A stretch of DNA of 55,253 nucleotides. Source: Patescibacteria group bacterium. Its GTDB lineage: Bacteria; Patescibacteriota; Minisyncoccia; Phycocordibacterales; CAIRYW01. Numbering within the stretch: the stretch's first letter is position 1; each line of letters begins with the position of its first letter. The stretch covers positions 1-55,253 of the forward strand of contig JAZKAJ010000017.1 in assembly GCA_040389185.1 (NCBI GenBank), written 5' to 3'. The notes under the pieces are model-generated. The model had not been told where the DNA came from. It made no database searches and saw only the letters and a program-made list of their open reading frames with translations. Below, piece by piece: positions 47,174 to 55,090 of the stretch. The translations under genes and the position numbers were made by a program.

Positions 47174-47431
47174 ATGTATAATCTCTCATCACTCTCATCT
47201 CTTTTGGAAAAATTTCGCCACCTCAAGAATCCCCGAGAGGAGAGGGAGAGACTGGTCGGGCTTCTTACAGAGTGCGCAGGTTTTGAGATTCCTTTTGAAA
47301 CAGTGGATCTAAAGAACAATATTTTGTTTATAAATGTATCGGGATATTTGAAGACTGAGATCTTTATGAAAAAAGAATCGATACTCCAAAAACTCAAAGA
47401 CGGGGGATTTAAGATAGAGGATATAAGATAA
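47174..47431 (+). CDS. Small hypothetical protein, possibly DciA/DUF721-like
   Basis: 85 aa; LFINVSGYLKTEIFMKKESILQKL resembles the DciA KH-like core; located after dnaN. Confidence 0.45.
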   Translation: MYNLSSLSSLLEKFRHLKNPREERERLVGLLTECAGFEIPFETVDLKNNILFINVSGYLKTEIFMKKESILQKLKDGGFKIEDIR

Positions 47432-47460
47432 AAAGCCGCATCTAAGGATGCGGCTTTTTA
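47429..47460. terminator. Bidirectional terminator
   Basis: TAAAAAGCCGCATC-TAAG-GATGCGGCTTTTTA between convergent genes. Confidence 0.85.
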
Positions 47461-47463
47461 TTT

Positions 47464-49941
47464 CTATTCTTTAATGATTTCTAAACTCTTGGCTGTCTGA
47501 AGACCTGTTGTGTCGGTCACAATAAGATTTAGGCTATTGCTTCCTGTAGGTACTTTGTCACTCATTACAAAGTTAAATCCATAAGGAGGAAATTCTGATG
47601 AGCCTAAAAATACTCCTGCTAAAAAGTAATCTACCTTTTTAATTTTATTTACTGAATTAATCTTAATACTTACTTTTACCTTCTCGCCAGATTTGATTCT
47701 TTCTTTGCTTTCTGGTGAAATTATTTGTACATCGGGGGCAGATGGAGCAGGTCCTACAGTTACCGGAGTAGGCGAGATTCCTTGTCCAGTCAGCCAGTTT
47801 TGAACGCCATATTCCCAATGAGAAAATTGTGGGTCATTTGCGGGATTAGTTGGAGCAGGACCGAGTGGGTCATCTTTATTAACATAATAAAGTATTGAAT
47901 GAACTCCCTCGTCACCTTGCCAAACACCTCGGAGAACTGGTTTAAGGCTCGATAAATCCTTATCTTCAGGTTTTGGAAATTTTTCGTCAGGAAGTGTTGG
48001 TAATATTGCATTCATAAATTCGTGCCACATAGGTGCAACGATGTATCCTGCCACCTGCTTTGCGATCGGTGTGTTGTCATTGTTACCTGACCAGGCTCCT
48101 ACCGTGATTTGTGGAGTATATCCAATCACCCATGCGTCTCTATAGTTGTTAGTTGTTCCTGTCTTTGCGGCCACTTGCCTGTCAGGAAAGTAAAGACTTG
48201 ATGCAGCCCCGAATATTGGTGTTCGAGCAACGTTGTCAGAGAGTACATCGGAGATGAGGTGGGCTGTGTCCTCATCGATCACTTGCTCACTACTGTCTTT
48301 GTATTCTTCAAGAACCTTGCCACTTTGATCTTCTACTTTTAATATCCCAGTTGTTTGGTGTTTAATCCCATTATCAGAGAATACACTGTACGCACCCGTC
48401 ATATCAAGGAGGGTTACTTCACCTCCTCCAAGCACAAGAGAGAGACCAAATCGTGCACGGTCGGCAAGTGTTGTAATACCCATTTTTTCTGCAAGATCAA
48501 TTGCATTATTAACTCCCACAAGATACAGAAGCTTCACTGCAGGGATGTTAATCGATTGTGCGAGCGCGTTTCGAAGTGTGATAGGTCCTCGGTATTTTCC
48601 ATCATAGTTGCCAGGAGAATAACACGGGTCATCGCTTGTAGTGTTATCAGCCGCGCAAGTTGTCGAGAATTGCGTTTCTGCATCAAAGAGTACGGTTTCA
48701 GGGCGGTATCCCATTTCAAATGCTTTTGCATACACAATCGGTTTGAATGAAGAACCTGGCTGTCTTTTTGCGGTTGCGACATTGTAGTTACCATCTATGT
48801 CTTTGTCGAAATAATCTCGAGATCCCACCATTGTAAGTATTTGTCCTGTTCTTGAATCGATTGCAACGAGAGCGGCGTTAGTTGCGTGATAAAGTTTACC
48901 ATTCTCAATTGCTTTTCTTTTGACGATCTCCTCAGCTTTTTTCTGCATATCATAATCAAGTGTTGTAATTACTTTAAGACCACCCTCTGTGAGCATCTTG
49001 TCGCCGTATTGTTCTTGGAGATAATCTTTTATATACATCACAAAATGAGGAGCTTTGATACCACCTGTCTGCTCGCTCGCAAATGTCACCTTTTCATTCT
49101 TTGCAGATTCATATTGGTCTTCTGTTAAATAACCAACCTCTTTCATTTTTGAAAGTGTAAGATTCTTTCGTGCTTCCAAATCATCGAGATGATTTCCAAA
49201 CGGTGAGTAAGTAGTTGGAGATTTTGGAATTGATGCAAGATACGCACTTTCTGCAACATCTAGGTCACTCGCTTTCTTGTTGAAATACGCTTCTGAGGCT
49301 TCTTCAATACCATAAATAGTTCCACCATAAGGTGATTCATTGAGATAGAGATTGAGTATTTGATCTTTGGTCAAAGTCTTTTCAAGCTTGATCGCCAAGA
49401 ACCATTCCGTCACTTTTCTTTTAATCGTTTTTTCTCGAGTGAGAAGAGAGTTTTTGACCACCTGCTGAGTGATCGTTGATCCTCCTTGTGAAAATTCCAT
49501 CGTTGCAATGTTGGCAAAGATCGCACGAATGATCGCTGTGATCTTGATACCGCCGTGCTGGTAGAATTCCGGATCCTCAATTGCGAGGGTTGCATGTTTT
49601 ACGTTGTCTCCGATCTGATCAAAAGGCACGACAGTTCTTCGGATGTTGCTATTGAGGTCATAAAGGAGAATCTGGCCAGTTTTATCGTAGATTTTTGTCG
49701 ATTGCCCTAATATTCTTTGATCAAATGATGACAGATCAGGTATTTCGATTGAAGAGAACCAGAGAAGCGACCCACCGACAATAAGTAGAAGTAGTGCGAT
49801 TCCGATGAAGAGTACTTCTTTCCAGATATTTTTTCTTCCTTTCATTTTTCGAACCTTTCCAACCACTTTTTTAATGATATGAATAATATAATCCTCGACT
49901 TTACGAAGATATTTGTCTATTTTTTTTAGTATTTTTGGCAT
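47464..49941 (-). CDS. Class A penicillin-binding protein (PBP1A family) with C-terminal Ig-like domain
   Basis: Transglycosylase AIEDPEFY, GGSTITQQVVKN, RKVTE; transpeptidase GSSFKP, SINIPAV, KTGT. Confidence 0.95.
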   Translation of the reverse strand: MPKILKKIDKYLRKVEDYIIHIIKKVVGKVRKMKGRKNIWKEVLFIGIALLLLIVGGSLLWFSSIEIPDLSSFDQRILGQSTKIYDKTGQILLYDLNSNIRRTVVPFDQIGDNVKHATLAIEDPEFYQHGGIKITAIIRAIFANIATMEFSQGGSTITQQVVKNSLLTREKTIKRKVTEWFLAIKLEKTLTKDQILNLYLNESPYGGTIYGIEEASEAYFNKKASDLDVAESAYLASIPKSPTTYSPFGNHLDDLEARKNLTLSKMKEVGYLTEDQYESAKNEKVTFASEQTGGIKAPHFVMYIKDYLQEQYGDKMLTEGGLKVITTLDYDMQKKAEEIVKRKAIENGKLYHATNAALVAIDSRTGQILTMVGSRDYFDKDIDGNYNVATAKRQPGSSFKPIVYAKAFEMGYRPETVLFDAETQFSTTCAADNTTSDDPCYSPGNYDGKYRGPITLRNALAQSINIPAVKLLYLVGVNNAIDLAEKMGITTLADRARFGLSLVLGGGEVTLLDMTGAYSVFSDNGIKHQTTGILKVEDQSGKVLEEYKDSSEQVIDEDTAHLISDVLSDNVARTPIFGAASSLYFPDRQVAAKTGTTNNYRDAWVIGYTPQITVGAWSGNNDNTPIAKQVAGYIVAPMWHEFMNAILPTLPDEKFPKPEDKDLSSLKPVLRGVWQGDEGVHSILYYVNKDDPLGPAPTNPANDPQFSHWEYGVQNWLTGQGISPTPVTVGPAPSAPDVQIISPESKERIKSGEKVKVSIKINSVNKIKKVDYFLAGVFLGSSEFPPYGFNFVMSDKVPTGSNSLNLIVTDTTGLQTAKSLEIIKE

Positions 49942-50084
49942 AATGTTATTCGTTAATGTTGAGATAAATTCTCTTTTATTTTACCACAACTCGTGCGAGT
50001 TGGGTGTTTTTGTGATAAAGTAAGTGTAGAACCTATCTCAAAATTAAACTCATATTAAAGACAGCCAAAATGCTTGAATATCTA

Positions 50085-50185
50085 AAAAACCAAAATTTCG
50101 GTAAAAAATGCAGTTTCGTCAGTCAACATAACACAGTTATGTCTTCTTCCTCATCCTCCATTTTTTCCTCAAAATTTTGGTTTTT
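50085..50185. repeat. Inverted-repeat-bounded intergenic element (MITE-like)
   Basis: AAAAACCAAAATTT (50085-98)/AAATTTTGGTTTTT (50172-85), 73-nt spacer with further internal pairing. Confidence 0.7.
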
Positions 50186-50220
50186 ATATTATTCATTAAT
50201 TTTGAGATAACTTCTAAATT

Positions 50221-51444
50221 ATGGTTTTTGGACTAAAGAACAAAAAGCAGCAAATAAATGTGTCAGAAGCACACGTCGATGAGTTTTTGTCTCGAGGAGT
50301 AGAGGATGTTTTTGTTAAAGACGATCTTCGGAAGAAGCTTCTTTCGGGCAAAGTGCTTCGAATAAAGCTTGGTGTTGATCCAACATCACCTCATATTCAT
50401 ATTGGAAGAGCAATTCCTCTTCGAAAACTTAGAAAGCTTCAGGATATGGGACATCAAGTGGTTTTTCTTGTGGGTGACTTTACGGCACTTATCGGCGATG
50501 CGTCAGATAAGCTCTCGAAGCGACCAATGCTTACAGCAGAACAAGTAAAATTAAATCTCAAAACTTACAAAGAACAGGTGGGTAAGATTCTCGATCTAAA
50601 GAAAGCTGAATTTCACTATAATAGTAAATGGCTCTCAAAACTTAATTTCAAAGACGTATGTGAACTTGCTGAAACATTTACTCTCCAGCAAATGATCGAG
50701 CGAAGAAATTTCAAAGACAGAATCGAAAAAGGTGAGGAGATATCGCTTCGTGAGCTTATGTACCCATTAATGCAAGGATATGACTCTGTTGCGCTCAAGG
50801 CAGATATTGAGATCGGAGGGTTTGATCAGCTTTTTAATTTGAAAGCTGGACGAGTGATTCAAAAACATTTTGGACAACCAGAACAAAATATCATTACGTT
50901 CAAAATGCTTTCCGGTACTGATGGACGAAAGATGTCATCAAGCTGGGGTAATATTATTGCGATAAATGATGTCCCAAACGATATGTATGGAAAGGTAATG
51001 TCCATAAAAGATGAACTTCTCCTAGAATATTTTCTTATGACAACTGACAGGTCTTTAGAATTTATTGAAGATGCAAAAAACAAACTTTCATCTGGCGTAA
51101 ATCCAAAAGAACTCAAGATGGTATTGGCGCGTGATATTGTGAGTATGTTTCATGGAGAAAAAGCAGGTCAAAAAGCAGAAGAGAATTTTGTTTCAGTCTT
51201 TAGCAACAAGGAAACACCAAAAGATGTTCCTGAAATAAAGTGTGTAAGTGGAGAATTGTTGTCTGATACCTTGGTTAAAAATAAAGTATTATCATCCAAA
51301 TCTGATTTTGCCCGACTCGTAAAAGAAGGTGCCATCACAAACCTTGATACGAATGAAAAAGTTCTCGACATATATTTCAAAGTGGTCGCAGGTACTTACA
51401 AGATAGGGAAGCATAGATTCATTAAAATACAGGTGGTAAGCTAG
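50221..51444 (+). CDS. tyrS: Tyrosyl-tRNA synthetase
   Basis: GVDPTSPHIHIG (HIGH-like), YPLMQGYD, GGFDQLFN, KMSSS, C-terminal S4-like domain. Confidence 0.96.
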   Translation: MVFGLKNKKQQINVSEAHVDEFLSRGVEDVFVKDDLRKKLLSGKVLRIKLGVDPTSPHIHIGRAIPLRKLRKLQDMGHQVVFLVGDFTALIGDASDKLSKRPMLTAEQVKLNLKTYKEQVGKILDLKKAEFHYNSKWLSKLNFKDVCELAETFTLQQMIERRNFKDRIEKGEEISLRELMYPLMQGYDSVALKADIEIGGFDQLFNLKAGRVIQKHFGQPEQNIITFKMLSGTDGRKMSSSWGNIIAINDVPNDMYGKVMSIKDELLLEYFLMTTDRSLEFIEDAKNKLSSGVNPKELKMVLARDIVSMFHGEKAGQKAEENFVSVFSNKETPKDVPEIKCVSGELLSDTLVKNKVLSSKSDFARLVKEGAITNLDTNEKVLDIYFKVVAGTYKIGKHRFIKIQVVS

Positions 51445-51471
51445 TGAGCTGGTAAGGTTGTTTGGAAAATA

Positions 51472-51507
51472 CAAAATGCACCGCGCCTAAAGGCGCGGTG
51501 CATTTTG
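51472..51507. terminator. GC-rich palindromic terminator (GCACCG family)
   Basis: CAAAATGCACCGCGCCTAAAGGCGCGGTGCATTTTG. Confidence 0.88.
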
Positions 51508-51548
51508 CTTACAAGCTTATTACCTAACTAGCTAACGACCTTCCTTAA

Positions 51549-51737
51549 CTATTCCTCTTCCTCTGGATTCCAGAGCAGGCCATCCTCGTCATCTTCTTCC
51601 TCATCTTCGTCTACGTCAACATCGTCAGCATCCGCTTCATCTAAAAGTTCATCGTCTTCGAGTTCATCTTCATCCTCTTCTGGTTTGTCTTTAAAGGGAT
51701 CTCCCTTTAATTCGCCATCATCATCGTGGTCACTCAT
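51549..51737 (-). CDS. Extremely acidic 62-aa protein
   Basis: 37 of 62 residues are D/E; ATG start, lies downstream of ruvC. Confidence 0.65.
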   Translation of the reverse strand: MSDHDDDGELKGDPFKDKPEEDEDELEDDELLDEADADDVDVDEDEEEDDEDGLLWNPEEEE

Positions 51738-51943
51738 TGTGTGTTCAATTTATTTTTTAATTTGGTCCAAATAGTTTCCTTCAAATGGACTGCTATAGTT
51801 TTATCAAATATAAAAAAGAATGCAAGGGTGGGGAAAAGTATTAAAATACAGCTTTTAGCTACTAGCTGTCAGCTGTTAGGAAAATACAAAAATACCACGT
51901 CTTTAGACGCGGTATTTTAAGCTGAAAGCTAACAGCTTCTTCT

Positions 51944-52423
51944 CTAAAAGCTTTTCTCGATTGCAAAAAAAGTGAGTCCTATTGCAATAGCATCAAATTC
52001 GTCATCAATTTTTACTGTACTCGGGATTTTTATGAGGAGAGGAACCATTTTTATGATTGATTTTTTGTCAGCTCCACCATGACCTGCAACAGCTAGCTTG
52101 ATCTGTGGAGGAGAATACTCAAATATCTTGAGTCCATTTCGAGCACATTCAGAGAGAATTACCCCTCTCGCTTCGGCAACAAGCATTGCTGTTTTGTGGT
52201 TGGTTGCGAGAAAGAGTTTTTCAATTGCGAGGCATTCTGGGTGCCAGATATCAATGATCTTTTTTATTTCCTCAACAAGAATTACAAGTCTGTCGCTATG
52301 AGACAGTGATTTTGATGTTTTAATACATGTTGAAAAGAGGTGAGTTTCTTTACCACCTTTTTGTTTTTCAAGGATGGCAATACCAAGTCGTTCGTATCCT
52401 GGATCTATAGAAATGATGCGCAT
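51944..52423 (-). CDS. ruvC: Holliday junction resolvase RuvC
   Basis: IISIDPG, LAIE, EARG, YSP.QIK, DEFDAIAIG. Confidence 0.95.
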   Translation of the reverse strand: MRIISIDPGYERLGIAILEKQKGGKETHLFSTCIKTSKSLSHSDRLVILVEEIKKIIDIWHPECLAIEKLFLATNHKTAMLVAEARGVILSECARNGLKIFEYSPPQIKLAVAGHGGADKKSIIKMVPLLIKIPSTVKIDDEFDAIAIGLTFFAIEKSF

Positions 52424-52501
52424 AAAGACAGTATAAAGTGAAAAGCATGAAGTGGAAAGCGAGGTGTTGACATTTTATTTTGCAAGAGTATTTTTATATT
52501 T

Positions 52502-52723
52502 ATGAATGCTGAACTTTCCCCTCCTGTTGTGTCTGATCAATCCACCGATCCAGCCGCGTTCCTTCAATGGTTATCATTGTCACCGCTCGTCAACACTTCG
52601 GGTGCTTGCCCGATATGTATTGGTCGATGCGAATACGCCCAAACCGTCTGTCGTTTCTGTGACGGTGCGGGTACAATGTCCGCCTATATGGAAATTCTCT
52701 ATAAGACAGATTCCTCTCACTGA
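52502..52723 (+). CDS. Small orphan zinc-finger-like protein
   Basis: CPIC...CRFCDGAG (two CxxC); TTGACA upstream and GTCCAC-TTCG-GTGGAC terminator downstream. Confidence 0.55.
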   Translation: MNAELSPPVVSDQSTDPAAFLQWLSLSPLVNTSGACPICIGRCEYAQTVCRFCDGAGTMSAYMEILYKTDSSH

Positions 52724-52900
52724 AAATTCAGATAGAGGTTGTCCACTTCGGTGGACTTTTTTATTTCCAACAAGTGAAGAGCGTGTGGACAAGTACTCTT
52801 GCGCCACAAGTGCACTTCTTATCTTCTTACGAACGAAGTGAGTTAGAAGATAAAGTCGTACACAGCGCCCGAGTCGATGTTGGAAGACTATTTGTTTTAA

Positions 52901-53902
52901 TTACTTTTCGATAGGATATTCAATCTCTAAATGACCGTAAGCTTTTTCTGTTGCAACTCTTCCTCGAGTAGTTCTTTCCATGAGTCCAAGTTGAAGGAGA
53001 TACGGCTCATTAAATTCTTCGATGGTTGCTTCTTCTTCAGAAAGAGATGCTGCAATAGTATTGAGCCCCACTGGCCCCCCCTTAAACTTTTCTACAATAG
53101 TTTCAAGTATTTTTATATCTTGTTCAGTAAGACCTAGTGAATCAATACCAAGGAGAGCCAAAGCCTCATCAACAACAGTATCGGTCACTTCTGCTTTGTG
53201 TACCTGTGCGAAGTCTCGAACACGCTTTAGCAGATAGTTGGCAGTACGTGGGGTTGCACGACTTCGTTTTGCTATTTCTCTTTTGCCTTCATCTGTGATA
53301 TTTATTCCCAAAATTTTTGCAGATCTCTCGATAATTTTTTCGATTTCTTTTTCTGTATAGAATTCGAGCCTGTATACTCCTCCAGAGAATCGTGATCGAA
53401 GAGGGGATGAGATCATAGCGATACGTGTCGTTGCGGCGATGAGTGTGAATGGTGGAAGCTCAAGCTGGATTGTTCTCGCTGACGGTCCTTTGCCAATAAT
53501 AATATCAAGAACCCCTGATTCCATTGCTGGGTAGAGGACTTCCTCGATTGTTTTGTTCAGTCGATGTATCTCATCAATAAAAAGAATATCTCCTGGTGTG
53601 AGGTTGGTGAGGATCGAGGCGAGATCTCCCACTTTTTCAATAGCAGGCCCTGATGTTGATTTCATTTGTGAGCCTTGTTCTTTGGCGATGAGGTGAGCGA
53701 GTGTTGTTTTGCCAAGTCCTGGTGGACCATAAAAAAGAATGTGTTCTGGGATATGGTTTCTCTCTTTTGCAGCAGCGAGAAGGATGTTGAGATTTTTCTT
53801 TATTGGTTCTTGCCCAATATATTCATTCCACATCGCAGGACGAAGTGCCTGATCGAGCACCTTATCTTCCGCATTTGGTTTTATTTCTTTCACATCGCTC
53901 AT
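52901..53902 (-). CDS. ruvB: Holliday junction branch-migration helicase RuvB
   Basis: LRP..YIGQ, GPPGLGKTTLA, FIDEIHR, LRSRF, TPRTAN, GPVGL, EPYLLQ. Confidence 0.97.
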   Translation of the reverse strand: MSDVKEIKPNAEDKVLDQALRPAMWNEYIGQEPIKKNLNILLAAAKERNHIPEHILFYGPPGLGKTTLAHLIAKEQGSQMKSTSGPAIEKVGDLASILTNLTPGDILFIDEIHRLNKTIEEVLYPAMESGVLDIIIGKGPSARTIQLELPPFTLIAATTRIAMISSPLRSRFSGGVYRLEFYTEKEIEKIIERSAKILGINITDEGKREIAKRSRATPRTANYLLKRVRDFAQVHKAEVTDTVVDEALALLGIDSLGLTEQDIKILETIVEKFKGGPVGLNTIAASLSEEEATIEEFNEPYLLQLGLMERTTRGRVATEKAYGHLEIEYPIEK

Positions 53903-53998
53903 ATGCCTATAGTATATAGTAAGTGATACTCAGTATAAAGTTTAAACAATTTATACAGTTCACTAGACGAATATATATTTTTGTGTAGTATTTTATGC

Positions 53999-54072
53999 AT
54001 ACGGCTAGCTTAAAGGTAAAGCGCTCCCCTTATACGGGAGAGACTAGGTGGTTCAATTCCATTTGCCGTATA
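53999..54072 (+). tRNA. tRNA-Ile(UAU) with non-canonical 6-bp T-stem
   Basis: Acceptor ATACGGC/GCCGTAT, D-stem GCTT/AAGC, anticodon arm CTCCC-CTTATAC-GGGAG, T-arm AGGTGG-TTCAATT-CCATTT, discriminator A; no CCA. Confidence 0.85.
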
Positions 54073-54073
54073 T

Positions 54074-54487
54074 ATGAAAACACTTCTTTTAAGCTGTAAA
54101 AACTTTGGATCAAAGATCAAGAAACTCGCCACTAGACCCGGGACTGTTAAGCCTGAGGTAATGAAACAGAAAGAGTACGCTGCAGAGAAATCAATCGTTG
54201 TGCTCATAAACGTAGAGATTGGAGACAATATTAAAGATCTATCAGGAAAATTGGCAGATGAAATAAGGATCTTCTCCAAGGATACAAATATTAAAACTAT
54301 TGTTTTGTATCCTTTTGGGCATCTATCAAATAAACTAGCTTCGAGTGAAGATACGGTTGAGTTTTTGGATTTACTTGAAAAAGAATTGGCTGATTTTGAA
54401 ACAATCCGAGTGCATTTTGGTTCGCACAAATCTTTATTACTTGATATTCATGGACATAAAGGAAATGTGAGATTTAGAGAGTTTTAA
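54074..54487 (+). CDS. Free-standing archaeal-type threonyl-tRNA synthetase editing domain (DTD-like fold)
   Basis: VVLINVE.GD, IVLYPFGHLSNKLAS, RVHFGSHK and IHGH align by eye with archaeal ThrRS N-terminal motifs YP[FY]AHLS..LA, APFG.YK and KGH. Confidence 0.78.
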   Translation: MKTLLLSCKNFGSKIKKLATRPGTVKPEVMKQKEYAAEKSIVVLINVEIGDNIKDLSGKLADEIRIFSKDTNIKTIVLYPFGHLSNKLASSEDTVEFLDLLEKELADFETIRVHFGSHKSLLLDIHGHKGNVRFREF

Positions 54488-54554
54488 AATATTCCTACTT
54501 CACTATTGGTTAAAATAAACAAAATTTTCCTGAAGTCACAAACACCGGAGCGGA

Positions 54555-54651
54555 AGAAATCACTTTTTTTAAGAGGCTTCGGAGCTGGGTAAGCGAGACT
54601 TGAGCAAAAATTCACCAGAATTTTATGCGTACTCATAAAAAAGGGATTTCT
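54555..54651. repeat. Inverted-repeat-bounded intergenic element
   Basis: AGAAATCACTTTTTT (54555-69)/AAAAAAGGGATTTCT (54637-51), one mismatch, 67-nt spacer. Confidence 0.6.
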
Positions 54652-54661
54652 GTAGTAGTGC

Positions 54662-54690
54662 TTGACAAATAAGTGGGGGTATGCTAATAT
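54662..54690 (+). promoter_or_regulatory. Strong sigma70-type promoter
   Basis: TTGACA(54662)-17-TAATAT(54685) with extended TGn. Confidence 0.75.
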
Positions 54691-55090
54691 TATCTCACTG
54701 TTCGTTAAAGACCCCGAAAGATACGAATCTTCAATAATTAAGATTCTGCATCATCTATGCAGTTTCGACGCTATAAATCTCTAAGCAATGGGACAATTTA
54801 TTGTCTTTTGATATTGTTTAAAGGACGCTTTGGTTTGCCTAGTCTTCACTGAAGCCATCCTCAGAACACTATTTTACTTTTAATCTAGCATTAAAAGTAT
54901 TGCTCAGAGATTTATATAGTCGAATCTCTCTTGGAACAGAATTGAATCTATATTCAGTATACCCCTCTATGCTCGTTTGTAATCTTTACGAAAAAAGATT
55001 TTTAGGTTGTATTTTCGACCTCTTCGTTTGGTATTGTTAAAGTAATAATTATAAAATCCCTCAACTATATTTTTGAAAGAAAGGATAATA

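Noticed and set aside
350-54429. Numerous 60-214-aa antisense or alternate-frame ORFs in the track (for example 6195-6791, 10174-10692, 16597-17241, 44414-44881, 54010-54429)
   Set aside because: They lie within well-supported genes on the other strand or frame and show shadow composition (Ser/Phe/Ile-rich) with no family motifs.
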